The notes beneath the pieces are model-generated. The model did not search any database and was not told the origin of the DNA. It saw only the letters and a program-made list of their open reading frames with translations. A stretch of 63,193 bases of DNA, counting the filler, from Dugesia japonica (Eukaryota), in assembly GCA_001938525.1 (NCBI GenBank). It is 6 parts of 6 records of this genome, joined end to end, with 100 filler letters (N's around TTAATTAATTAA, not from the genome) between each part and the next. Parts side by side here need not be neighbours in the genome. Positions count along the whole stretch, not along the records: positions 23,253 to 32,190 come from MQRL01590469.1; positions 32,291 to 43,190 come from MQRL01612179.1; 4 more parts are not named here. One strand, written 5' to 3'. Shown here one piece after another: positions 29,161 to 40,278 of this stretch (within the stretch, counting starts at the first letter, position 1; each line of letters begins with the position of its first letter). Both the position numbers and the translations under genes were made by a program.

Positions 29161-29892
29161 TAATTATTCAATAAAAATTTCATATGCCGTTTTAAAAATA
29201 TTTCAAAAATTCTCAATATTCGAGTTTTATTGTGGTATTTTTCGAGCCCTCAAATTTTTAATAATTTCCGAAAATAGAACTTCATATTTAACATGGATTA
29301 TTTTAATAATAAAAATTTTACTCCAAAAAGAAATACACTTACATTTATGTTTGTTAGATTTATGATTAACAGACACTAATGAGTTGCAAATCAAAAATAA
29401 CTCACAAGATCAGTAAATAAAAACACTGCTTAGTGAAGCTAATCAATCAATTTTTAAAATTGAATACATCGAAAAGAAATAGACATCAATAAAAATAGAT
29501 GCACACACACACACACACACTCAAACCTCGATATATTGAAATTGCTGGGAATGGTTTAAATAATTCGATCTATCCGTATTCACTTCTTATACAATTTTCA
29601 TTAAAAAACTTTTAAAATAGAAATAAATAAATAATTTTTTTTATTGAAAATAAGATGGCATAGTTAATTTTATAAATAAGATTTTAAAAAAAGTCTATTA
29701 TATTGGATTGATGTAATAAACGAGATTTAATAATAAAAAACTCAAGCTGAGCTAAAATGTCAAATTTAGAATTATCCTAGTTTGAATTTGATTCAAACCA
29801 GTTTCGTAAAATATTTATTGCATCAATTTTTGAAACCTCTTTTTACTCGATACTAACATCAATTTTATCGATTTCAAAATTTTAATTATTAA

Positions 29893-30123
29893 CCCGTTAA
29901 CACCCAATTTAATTTTTTTAAGAATATTAAGCTAAATGTTTACAGAAGTTTAAAGGCGAATGACACTAACACTAAAATACATCTGATAAAAGTAATACAT
30001 GCCAAGTGTAGGCATATTATTGTTTATTATTCTTATTCTAAAATTAGAATGGAATAAGGTTTAGGTAGAGTACTAGAAAAATTATAAAGCGTGTCCTCAA
30101 AAGAGGACGCTGGATGCTAATGA
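29893..30123. mobile_element. piggyBac-like MITE
   Basis: ttaa-cccgttaacaccca and tggatgctaatgag-ttaa form imperfect TIRs with TTAA on both sides. Confidence 0.55.
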
Positions 30124-30189
30124 GTTAATAGAAGAGTTTTTACGCTTTAGCAAAACGACCTCTAGAATATCATTGTCTGTCGATTTTTC

Positions 30190-31610
30190 ATTCACAGCTA
30201 ATTCATTATCCACGAAACCAAATTTTTCGAATGATAAATAATAAATCATTCCATGTATATTCAAGATCAGATTTAAATGCCTCTATTAATATTTGGTTGC
30301 TTGATGAATTTTCCGATTTTATAGACATTATTTCATTTGAATTACTAGTTTCAAAATAAAAATTTGCAAGTCCAAAACAATCTTTTATTGTTTTTGGTTT
30401 AACTTGAAGCCAGCCGAAATGAAGAAATCTAACTGCATCTTACAGAGTTATTGTATTACTATCAATAGATTGTTTTACTTCAAGTCCTTGCAAAATTCGT
30501 TCTACTACTAAACTTCTATAAAGTATTTTAAAGTCTTGTATAATGATCCATGATCTATATTTTGCAAAAGAGATACAGTATTTAGCGAAAAATACTTTAT
30601 TTCAATTGCTTTTACGTTTTTAACGATTTTCAATTAATAATAGAATTTTTCTTCACTCTCATAATTTTTTTTTGTTCATTTTCCTTATAAAGTTCTCAAA
30701 CATTTCTGAAGTCATCCAAGCTTTTTTAGTAGCTTAGTAATCAATTGGTAATATTTTACTGTATTAAAACAACGTGGGTTTTGAAAGTTTCCTATAATTA
30801 GAAGCTCGAATTTTTCTGAACCACCCATATTTAAATAAACCGCAAAGGTTATTCGTTCTTTCTATATTTTTCCACCACGACATGTATCTCCTTTAAATGT
30901 GAGAATCTTGTCATGCATCATACAAAAAATATACTTGTTTCATCCATATTAAAGTATCTTGTGGATTATATTGTTGTAAAGGTTTTGAAATGATTGTAGT
31001 CTTCCATTTTGTTGATACTTTAGTATTTATGGCGGCACTTTTTCCTACTATAACTTTTTCTGAAATTCCATGTCTTCTGTAAGGATTAAAAATTGAAAAT
31101 CGCAATTTAAAGTTTGAAGAAAATGTTTCAAAAGATTTCAAGAAATTTTAAAAATGTTTGTTTAAATATTCAAATTTTAAAAACAGAGTTTTTTGGAAAA
31201 TTTGAAGATTTCAAATTTTGTGTTATAAATAAAAATTTATTGAATTTAATGGACTTTTCAGAAAGTTTATCAGTAACCAACATCTTCCAAACGATCAAAC
31301 CAACCTGAAGAGCATTGAAAATCAGAGTAGCCTAAACCCTCAGCAAATCTTTAGCTTGTGCAATGAAAATAGGCCCACTAATGGAAATCAAATTTGTTTT
31401 GACATTCATAAACCAACTCCATAAAGCCTCTTCAACATCTGCATAGGTAGAAATTCTAATTAGTTTTCTGTTAGGACGATTTATGTTATAGGTGTCTGTA
31501 ATTTTTCCTATTTTCATCCACATCGACAAAGTATTTATTGGAATTTCTATTTTTTTATTTTTTATCTACGGCTAAAATGACATCCATTTTTTAACCACTG
31601 ATAAATTTTT
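30190..31610 (-). mobile_element. Tigger/pogo transposase pseudogene (CENP-B HTH + DDE)
   Basis: EEALWSWFMNVK...ISGPIFIAQAK, RRHGISEKVIVG, TFKGDTCRGGK, NMGGSEK, NPRCF, KKAWMTSEMFE; frameshifted; TIR-like ctcaaacctcgatatattgaa near 29520. Confidence 0.9.
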
Positions 31611-32190
31611 ACGTGTAATTTGGATTAAAACGAAGTAGAAAAAGTTTTCAAAATATTTTACAAGGGTTAGAAAGATATATTGACACTTTAAATCGAATTT
31701 TTTAAAAATTATCAATAGTTTATTACATATAATTGATAATATATTAGTGTTTGAACTTACTTCGCTTTGGGTTTTCCATTATCATTAGATGCTACTTTAA
31801 ATGTTACCATATTAGGTCCAGCTGCTCTAAACTATAAAAAAATATTTTAAATAATACAAATATAAATTTATTTAATAAATCAACGTTAAGGATGCATATA
31901 ATGATTTTATTTCTTTAATAAAGAGTCGTGAAATTTTTGTATCCTGGCTGGATTTAAATGACTTAAAGGTTCACAGATCAAAACAATGAAAATGAAAATC
32001 ACATATTTATTATAATCACTGGTATGACAAATTTTATTTTATTTATTGCATTAATATTATCTACGAAATTGTTTTTCTGATTATATATAATTCTTTAATT
32101 TCCTGTGTATAATTAGTACTGCTAATCATCATTATTGAATGTAAACTTTCCCCTTTCAATTTTAACATATTTCAATTTCGTAAATGCATT

Positions 32191-32290
32191 NNNNNNNNNN
32201 NNNNNNNNNNNNNNNNNNNNNNNNNNNNNNNNNNTTAATTAATTAANNNNNNNNNNNNNNNNNNNNNNNNNNNNNNNNNNNNNNNNNNNN
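32191..32290. other. Artificial 100-nt contig spacer
   Basis: N44-TTAATTAATTAA-N44. Confidence 0.95.
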
Positions 32291-32616
32291 CGTAAGAGTC
32301 TGTGACATCTCCTGATATTATTAGGTAATTGAACTCTAGGCACTAAAATATAAGAACATTAAGTGGACGTAAGGTAGGTCAAAATTTCACACAATTCTAT
32401 CATTACCAACAAGCTTAAAACTCAAATTGATCAAGTAACAAAAATTCATATTTATATTCACACAAAAGACAAGATCAGGGTCGAGAAGCATTTTTAGTTT
32501 GTGTGCCCTTATCAATCATAAGGGGCTCAAGATAGGACTTATCTTTTAACAACAAAATGTCNNNNNNNNNNNNNNNNNNNNNNNNNNNNNNNNNNNNNNN
32601 NNNNNNNNNNNNNNNN

Positions 32617-33388
32617 TCGACTTGGGCCTTCCAGGCTCATTCCTGCTCTTGGACAAGCCGCATCTCTTCGCGAATACTGGTACACTTATTTTTGTACCTT
32701 TTTACTTTCGCGGTTGCAGTTGCTACGTCGGCCTCCCAACGCCGCTTGGCTAGGCGATATAGGCTCCAGGACATCTCTATGTCCACACTATTCTCACTGA
32801 TTTTCTTAGTCGGGGCGGGTGGACGATTTAGTAATGAATGCACTATAGGAAAATAAAGTATGATTAATTCTTATTAAATAGTTAGGCAAATATTCTATTA
32901 AGGTCACAAAGAATTTATTATAATGGATTAAAATAAGACAACACAAATTGAATGTCACATTCTCATAGAGGAAANNNNNNNNNNNNNNNNNNNNNNNNNN
33001 NNNNNNNNNNNNNNNNNNNNNNNNTCCGCGAATGATTCGACTTGGGCCTTCCAGGCTCGTTCCTGTTCTTGGACAAGCCGCATCTCTTCGCGAATACTGG
33101 TACATTTATTTTTGTACCTTTTTACTTTCGCGTTTGCCGTTGCTACGTCGGCCTCCCAACGCCGTTTGGCTAGGCGATATAGACTCCAGGACATCTCCAT
33201 GTCCTCGCTATCTTCGCGGATTTTCTTAGTCGGGGCGGGTGGACGATTTAGTGATGAATGCACTATAGGAAAATAAAGTATGATTAATTCTTATTAAATA
33301 GTTAGGCAAATGTTTTATTAAGGTCACAAAGAATTATAATGAATTAAAATAAGACAACACAAATTGAATGTCAAATTCTCATAGAGGA
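32617..33388 (-). repeat. Diverged ~355-bp tandem duplication carrying a coiled-coil exon-like ORF
   Basis: 32617-32972 matches 33037-33388 with many substitutions; acceptor ttattttcctatag precedes NRPPAPTKK...WSLYRLAKRRWEADVA. Confidence 0.85.
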
Positions 33389-33469
33389 GACACAGAAAGA
33401 AAAAATTATAAGTTCTCCCTAGACATATTTTCGTCATTTCGATAATTACATCACTGTTTACATCTCACT

Positions 33470-34100
33470 TCTAACCGTCTAAAATAACCAATCTTTTTAC
33501 AAACAGAACATTTTGTTGGTTTTTTATTTGGACAATGTCGACTTATATGTCCTGTTTTACGAAAATTCTGGCACTCTTTCACTTTTTTGGTTGGACAATT
33601 TGCTTTAGTATGACCGATCTTTAGACATAAACACCATTCAATATTTTGTTTTTCTTCTCTTCGATTGAATAAAAATTGTCAAGATAATTTTTTTCAATCT
33701 AACATCAACCAATGAAAATGTTTTAGCTATACTGATCTCCAATTGGTCGCNCATCAATTTTCTATTTTTCATTACCAGAAAGAGGTTCCGGATCGAGTCC
33801 GTTAAATTTTATAATAATCCTATATTTTAATAGAATAGTCAACAATTCTCGTTATAACTTATTTACTATGTTTAATGTATTTTAATTAATTGTTTCATTT
33901 GAATTTTATCCCTCAAACTTTCACAACATGTAATTTCCACATTATCATTTATTAGAATGATTTCGCATCATTTGAAATGATTTGTGGTTTTTACTTTGAT
34001 TCGTATTCTAATACAACATATTCATTTTCTGTCATTATTTTACCGATTTGATAGATTTACATGTTACTCAGTTTTACTTGGGTATTTTGCCCACTTTATA
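33470..34100 (-). mobile_element. Decayed gag-like / non-LTR ORF1 with three CCHC zinc knuckles
   Basis: CLCLKIGHTKANCP, CQNFRKTGHISRHCP and CSVCKKIGY near 33490-33640; stops upstream. Confidence 0.7.
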
Positions 34101-34601
34101 TTAATTCTGATTCATAACAATGATTGAACTCAATGTTGTTCATTATTTCATAATCTATTAAATACTGATTTATACATCTTTACATCATTTAACATTTCAC
34201 TATCGTAAATTATTGACTGGGATATTTAAAATTCATTATACAATTTTTCCTTTCAATAAATTTTATTTTGGTTTTCTATTTATATTAATATACATCTTTA
34301 CATTACTATCTAGACATGTAAATACTGTTACAAAGATGTCTAATATTGTTTGAGCATTTATAAAAATTTAAGTGATATGTAATTTTATTACTAATTTAAT
34401 TTTTCATTTCCTATTTTTTATTCCTACTTCTTAATACGACTATTTATATCTGATTTACCTTTTTATTTGATCTATGGATATCTTTATATCCATAGATTTT
34501 TATATTATCATTATATAACTTTATATATAAAAGTAATAGAGAAACAACGATTTGACGTCGAGGGGCTACCCTTTAAAAGAAACGATTTAAATTCGGGGTG
34601 A

Positions 34602-34792
34602 AAATGTGAAATGTAATATGCAAATATGTGAAATGTAATATGCAAATATGTCATATGTCATATGTAATATGCAAATATGTAATATGCAAAATGTGAAATG
34701 TAATATGTAATATGCAAATATGTGAAATGTAATATGCAAATATGTCATATGTAATATGCAAATATGTAATATGCAAAATGTAAAATGTAAAT
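34602..34792. repeat. Subterminal 7-9-bp higher-order tandem repeat
   Basis: Mixed units aatgtga / aatatgt / aatatgca / catatgt; a block of about 85-90 bp is repeated twice. Confidence 0.9.
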
Positions 34793-34896
34793 CCTATATC
34801 TCGCGCTTTAAATTTGCGCATTATTTATAATAAATCCTCTTAAATAACAAAATATCCTCTTTTTACTCTCTATGATTAAATTAATTCTATATAAAA

Positions 34897-37800
34897 ATGC
34901 CAACGGAAATAATGCTGTGTGATAATTGTAATAAAACATTTAAAAATAAAGCCGGACTAAAAGGGCATCTCGCATCTAGAACTTGTTATAAAGATGCAAC
35001 ATTTTAATGTGAAAAATGTAATAAATCATTTAAAAGAGAAAGTGATTTACGGTCACATTTAAATACATCAAGTTGTGGAAACAATGAAATTTTCCCATTA
35101 TTCTGTGAAATTTGTGATAAAGCATTTAAAAAACAAAATAATGCAAGAATACATTTTAATTCTTTAAACCACAAAGAAAAAGTTATTAAATTAAATTTTG
35201 ACCAACTTCCAGGTGAAGAAGCAATTGATTACTCAGTAGAAATAAGAGAAGCATTAAGAATGTATAAATATCACAAAATAACTTATTTTTTAGAAAGTAA
35301 AGTGGAAATGTTTTATGATGCCGAGGATTATCCTTTTCCAATTAGAGATATTTTTTGGTTTAAAGATGAAGTAAGACAAATTGTTATGAAATATTATAAA
35401 TGTGTAAAACAACCAATTATAAGTATGATAGTAACATGTAGATATGAAAAAGATGATACTGAAAGAAATTTTAAATCATATTCAATTAATAAAACAATTA
35501 CAATTAAAAGTGAAATTAATAGCCGTGTCAATGAAATGTTTAATGATTTAGATAAATATATTGAAGATGATGATCTTGAAGGTTCGGGTTGGACAATGAT
35601 GTTTATTACTGACTATACTTTATATTTAAGTAAATATCAAGCAAAAGCCGGAGCAACATATATTAAATTACCATTTAAAAAACCAGGTGTAATCAACATA
35701 GAAAATAAAGATGATAATAAATGTTTTCTATATTCAATTCTAGCATATAAACACGTATTTGATAATCCAACACGTGTAACTAATTACATTCCATATTTAT
35801 CAGAATTAAAATATTCAGATTTTACATTTCCTATGAGCATCGGCGAAATACATTTATTCGAGAAATTAAATAACTATAAAATAAATGTTTTCGGTGTAGA
35901 TGCTAACAAGAAACTTGAACCACTTTACATTTCACATCACATATCAAAACCTTCAACAGAAGAAAATAAATGTAATCTCTTGATATATAAAGATCATTAT
36001 GTTCTATGTCGAGATCTAACCACANTTTTTACAAGAAACAAAAATAAAAATTATCCATGCATACGATGCACGAATTGTTATTCAACTGAAGAACTCCTAA
36101 TTAAACATCAAGAAGCATGCATTAACCATAGACCAAATAACATTGTATTTGATTTTAAAAATTATTATTTCTTTAATAAATTTTATCAGAAAAATAAAAT
36201 ACCTTTCATATTAATAGGTGATTTTGAAGCATACACAAATTCAAATAAAAAACAAAAAGCATTATCATTAGGAATTTATCTTCACAGTGAGCACCAAGAA
36301 TTATTAGAATCTAAATATTATTGTTTTACAGGTGAAAATATTTATCTAGAATTCTTTGAATTTTTAAATGACATTAATAATAAATTAGAAGATATAAAAG
36401 AAAATAAATTAATATTAGAATTCTCAGGAACATATCCCAAATTCGAAAATCAATTATGTTTTTATTGTGATAAAGAAATAAAAGAGAATCCAGTTATAGA
36501 CCATAATCATTTCACAAATGAATTCCGTGGTTATGCACATGAAAAATGTAATTTATATGATTTTAGTGTAAAAAATCTATTCATCCCATTTTANTTTCAT
36601 AACGCATCCGGCTATGATAATCATTTATTTTTCAGAGAACTACTAACAAAATTTCCAGGAAAAGTAAAAAAGATAATTCCACATACATCAGATAATTATA
36701 TTTCATTTCAATATGAAAATATTAAATTCCTAGATTCAGCTAGATTACTACCATTCACATCTATAGAAACAATGGGTAATTTATTAACATCTTCCAATAA
36801 ATATCCAATATTAACATCATTTAACCTTAGACCAAAGAAAGNATTATTTCCATATGAATATGTAAAAGGAAACACTATCCAAGAAGTCATAAAATTATTA
36901 AAATCAAATCGAACACCAACTAGAAAAGATTTCTTTAATACACTAACACAAAAAGAAATATCTAACGAAGACTATGATAAATTTTTAATAGATTATTTAG
37001 ATTTTAAAAATCTCTGGGATTACATGCTACATTACATGAAACTTGATGTTTTAATTCTAACTGATTTCTTGGAAAATTTTAGAAATTCATGTTTAAATAA
37101 TCTTCTTAGATTAGATCCTTGTTATTCATATTCTGCACCAGGATATTCATGGGAAACTGGAATGTTAAATGCAAATATTTACTTAAAATATGCTAAACCT
37201 GAAACCTATGATTTATTCTTATTAATTGAATCAGGAATACGCGGTGGCTATTCAGGTGTCTTAGGTGAACGTCAAGTCTTTTCAAATAATAAAATCTCAA
37301 ATCCTAGTTTTGGTAGTAACAGACGATTAAATAAAACACAAGTCTCTGAGATATTATATTCATTAATTAAAAATAAAACTCCACCAATAGATTGGAAAGA
37401 AGAAACATTTATAAAATATATAGATGAAAATTCTCTTTATGCATCATGCATGACAAGACCATTACCAACAGGTGAACTTGTTAATTGTGAAGATTTAATA
37501 TATGAACCACCAACTGAAAATATGAATTTTATCTACGAAGTTGATTTAGAATATCCTAAAGAAATCCATGATAAAACTAAATATTTTCCATTAGCACCAG
37601 AGAGAATAAATATTACAGAAGATATGTTAAGTAATTATCAAAAAAGTTTTAACAAGAAAATATCAAAAGATAATATTAAACTAACTCTTAATCAATTTAA
37701 CAAGAAAAATTATACAGTTCTTGGATCAACTTTAGATCTCTATTTAAAACTAGGAATGAAACTTACAAAAGTTCATAAGAAAATTCAAATGCCAGTTTCT

Positions 37801-39413
37801 ACATGGTTTAAAGATTATGTTCATAGATTAATATCCCTAAGAAAAGAATCTAAAAGAATTAAAGATGTCTTTGGAGATTATATTTATAAATTAATGTTAA
37901 ATGCCTTCTATGGCAAAACACTAGAAAATATTAGAAATCGATGTAACATAGAAATTGTTGATACCGACAAAGATTATCAAAGACTTGCAGCTAAACCAAC
38001 ATTTAAATCATCTAAAATCTTTAGTATAAATGATTCAAATGAAGCCACAGTTGCAGCAATGCAAATGATAAAAGGAAAATTAAAATATAATAAATTTCCA
38101 TATATTGGATTCACAATCCTCGAATATGCAAAAGAAGTTATGTATGATTTTGTATACAATCAAATGCAACCGTTGATTGGTGAAGATAACTATAAAATTC
38201 ATTACACCGACAGTGTTACCCATGACACTCCAATATTACTAAGAAAAGATCGCGAAGCTCATCAAAAAGGAAATAATAAAGTTGAAATAAAAAAGATTTC
38301 AGAAATATCAACATGTTATGAGAAAAATATTTATGACGGGAAATATTATTCTTATCCTGAAAACCTTGAAATATGGACTAAAAGTAATTGGGTTCCACTG
38401 AAAAAAGTAATTAAACATACTACAATTAAAAAGATTTACAGAGTCAGAACACATCTTGGAATTGTTGATGTAACAGAAGATCATTCATTATTAAATGATA
38501 ACAATATAGAAATTAAACCAACAGATTTAACATTAAACCCTAAATTATTACATAATAAATTTAAAACATTAATATCTTTAAATAATACATTTTCATGTGA
38601 CATTTTAAATAAAACAATTCAAGATAAAATATCTTTATCTAAAGCTTATTATTTAGGAACATCTTTAGGAATGAATTTAATTATTACAGAAGACAAACCA
38701 AATTGTTTCGATTTAAAAGAATCAACTGGAGAAATTGAAACTAATGTCCAAACCGTAAGATTTTTAAGAGAAAATCTAGAAGATGTATACGACATTGAAA
38801 CTGAAGATGGAACATTTAACTGTGGATTTCCATTGATAATAAAAAATACGGACTGTATCTTTGTTGAAATAAAAAACAGAGATAATTTAATAAAATTAGA
38901 AAGCCTACTTGGTGATAATTTATTTCAAATGAAAGATGAAAAACCTAATTGTGAAATAACTCAAGGTAATTTTATAAAANNNNNNNNNNNNNNNNNNNNN
39001 NNNNNNNNNNNNNNNNNNNNNNNNNNNNNCCTAATTGTGAAATAACTCAAGGTAATTTTATAAAAGCAAAATCTTATGCTTATTCATATGCAAGCACAGG
39101 AGATATGGGCTATGATTTTAGAAATAAAGGTGTCAAGAAAAATAATAAATTATTAATGACAGATTTTGATTCAGTATTAAATGATCCTAAGAAAATAATT
39201 TATGGAACAAATTATTCATTAAAATCAGATTGCCATGAAATTGAATTAATTTCACAAAAGAAAATTGCATTAATGGCCTATGATGATAAAAGAATAATAG
39301 AAGATGATGCAACAAAAACATGGCCACATGGAAATCAATATCTCTGTTCTTTGTGCACACAATGGCATTTAAGATTAGATAAAATAAATCACTGCACTTC
39401 TTGCTCTCGTTAG
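34897..39413 (+). CDS. polB: Protein-primed DNA polymerase B polyprotein with N-terminal zinc fingers and an intein (about 1476 codons after closing the false gap; one in-frame TAA)
   Basis: Exo motifs GDFEA, FHNASGYD, FLDS; pol motifs YIDENSLY, KLMLNAFYGK, YTD/TDC, KAKSY, KGVKK, YDDKR. ATG 34897 is in frame with 35260. 38944-38979 is repeated at 39030-39065, so ORF 39105-39413 is the C-terminus. Confidence 0.95.
36457..36552 (+). other. Endonuclease VII-like His-Me finger inserted in the exonuclease domain
   Basis: CFYC...VIDHNHFTNEFRGYAHEKCN fits CxxC-DHxH-RG-H-xxCN, common in one Polinton pPolB group. Confidence 0.85.
38212..38847 (+). mobile_element. Mini-intein (212 aa) in pPolB motif C
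   Basis: Starts SVTHDTPILLR (block A); has VTEDHSLL (block B TxxH) and VYDIETEDGTF (block F); ends IIKN followed by Thr+1; removal restores HYTDTDCIF. Confidence 0.95.
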
Positions 39414-39450
39414 ACAAAATATAAAAATGTAAATATTTTAAATAAAGAAA

Positions 39451-40236
39451 ATGTCATAAGCAACAGAAGAAGAATTAATTAAAATTGTAAATTCTAAAAA
39501 ATGTAAATCTGTAAAAATAAATGGTAAAAATTATTATATCTCCAAAAAAGTTAAAGATGAAGCCAAAAAAGCTAGCGAAGCCCATAAAGGAGGTAATAAA
39601 GAAGGTGGATTTGCATTCTTAGCTGCCATACCATGGGTAATTGGCGCTTTAGCAAGTTCAGCTGGAGTTGCATCTGGTATTGCAAATACAGTTGCAAATT
39701 CTAGAGCCGCTCAGGCACAAGCTTTGGAAAAAATCAATAAACAAAAACAAGGTGAATTAATTGAATTACAAAAACAAAGAACCATAAAGGAATCTGCTCC
39801 AGTTTCAACTACAAGCGAAGCCAACAAACAAACATCTGGAACTGGAATTAAAAACCATAAAGATAAAAACCAGCGAAGCCAAAAACCACAAGGGCAACAA
39901 ACAAAAACCCATAAAGGAAGAAAGTGCACAAATAAAGGCAAAAATCATAAAGACAAAAACCATAAAGGCAAAGGAATATTTTTAAATCCATATCAAGGCA
40001 CAGCAATTCATAAATATTTAAAAAATATTGATCCTAAATTTAAACTCCTAACTAAAAAATTTAAAAAAGGAACCCACATAATTCAACATGGCCGTGGAAT
40101 ATATTTAAATCCATATGCAACACATAAAGGTGGAGAAATAGAAGATGAAATTGATGAAGATGAAACTGAAACTGAAACCGAAGATGATGAAACTGAAACC
40201 GAAACCGAAACAGAAACAGAAACTGAAAATCCATAA
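39451..40236 (+). CDS. Adenovirus pX/core-like virion protein (in-frame TAA at codon 3)
   Basis: Frame of ORF 39724 extends upstream to ATG 39451; KEGG-FAFLAAIPWVIGALASSAGVASGIA resembles the adenain-cleaved pX hydrophobic segment; GKGIFLNPY and GRGIYLNPY repeats; acidic (ET)n tail. Confidence 0.75.
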
Positions 40237-40278
40237 TGCTGGAAATTAAATCTTTATAAAAGAACCATAAAGGAGATA

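Noticed and set aside
34602-34792. CRISPR-like array
   Set aside because: Short contiguous units with no unique spacers and no cas genes
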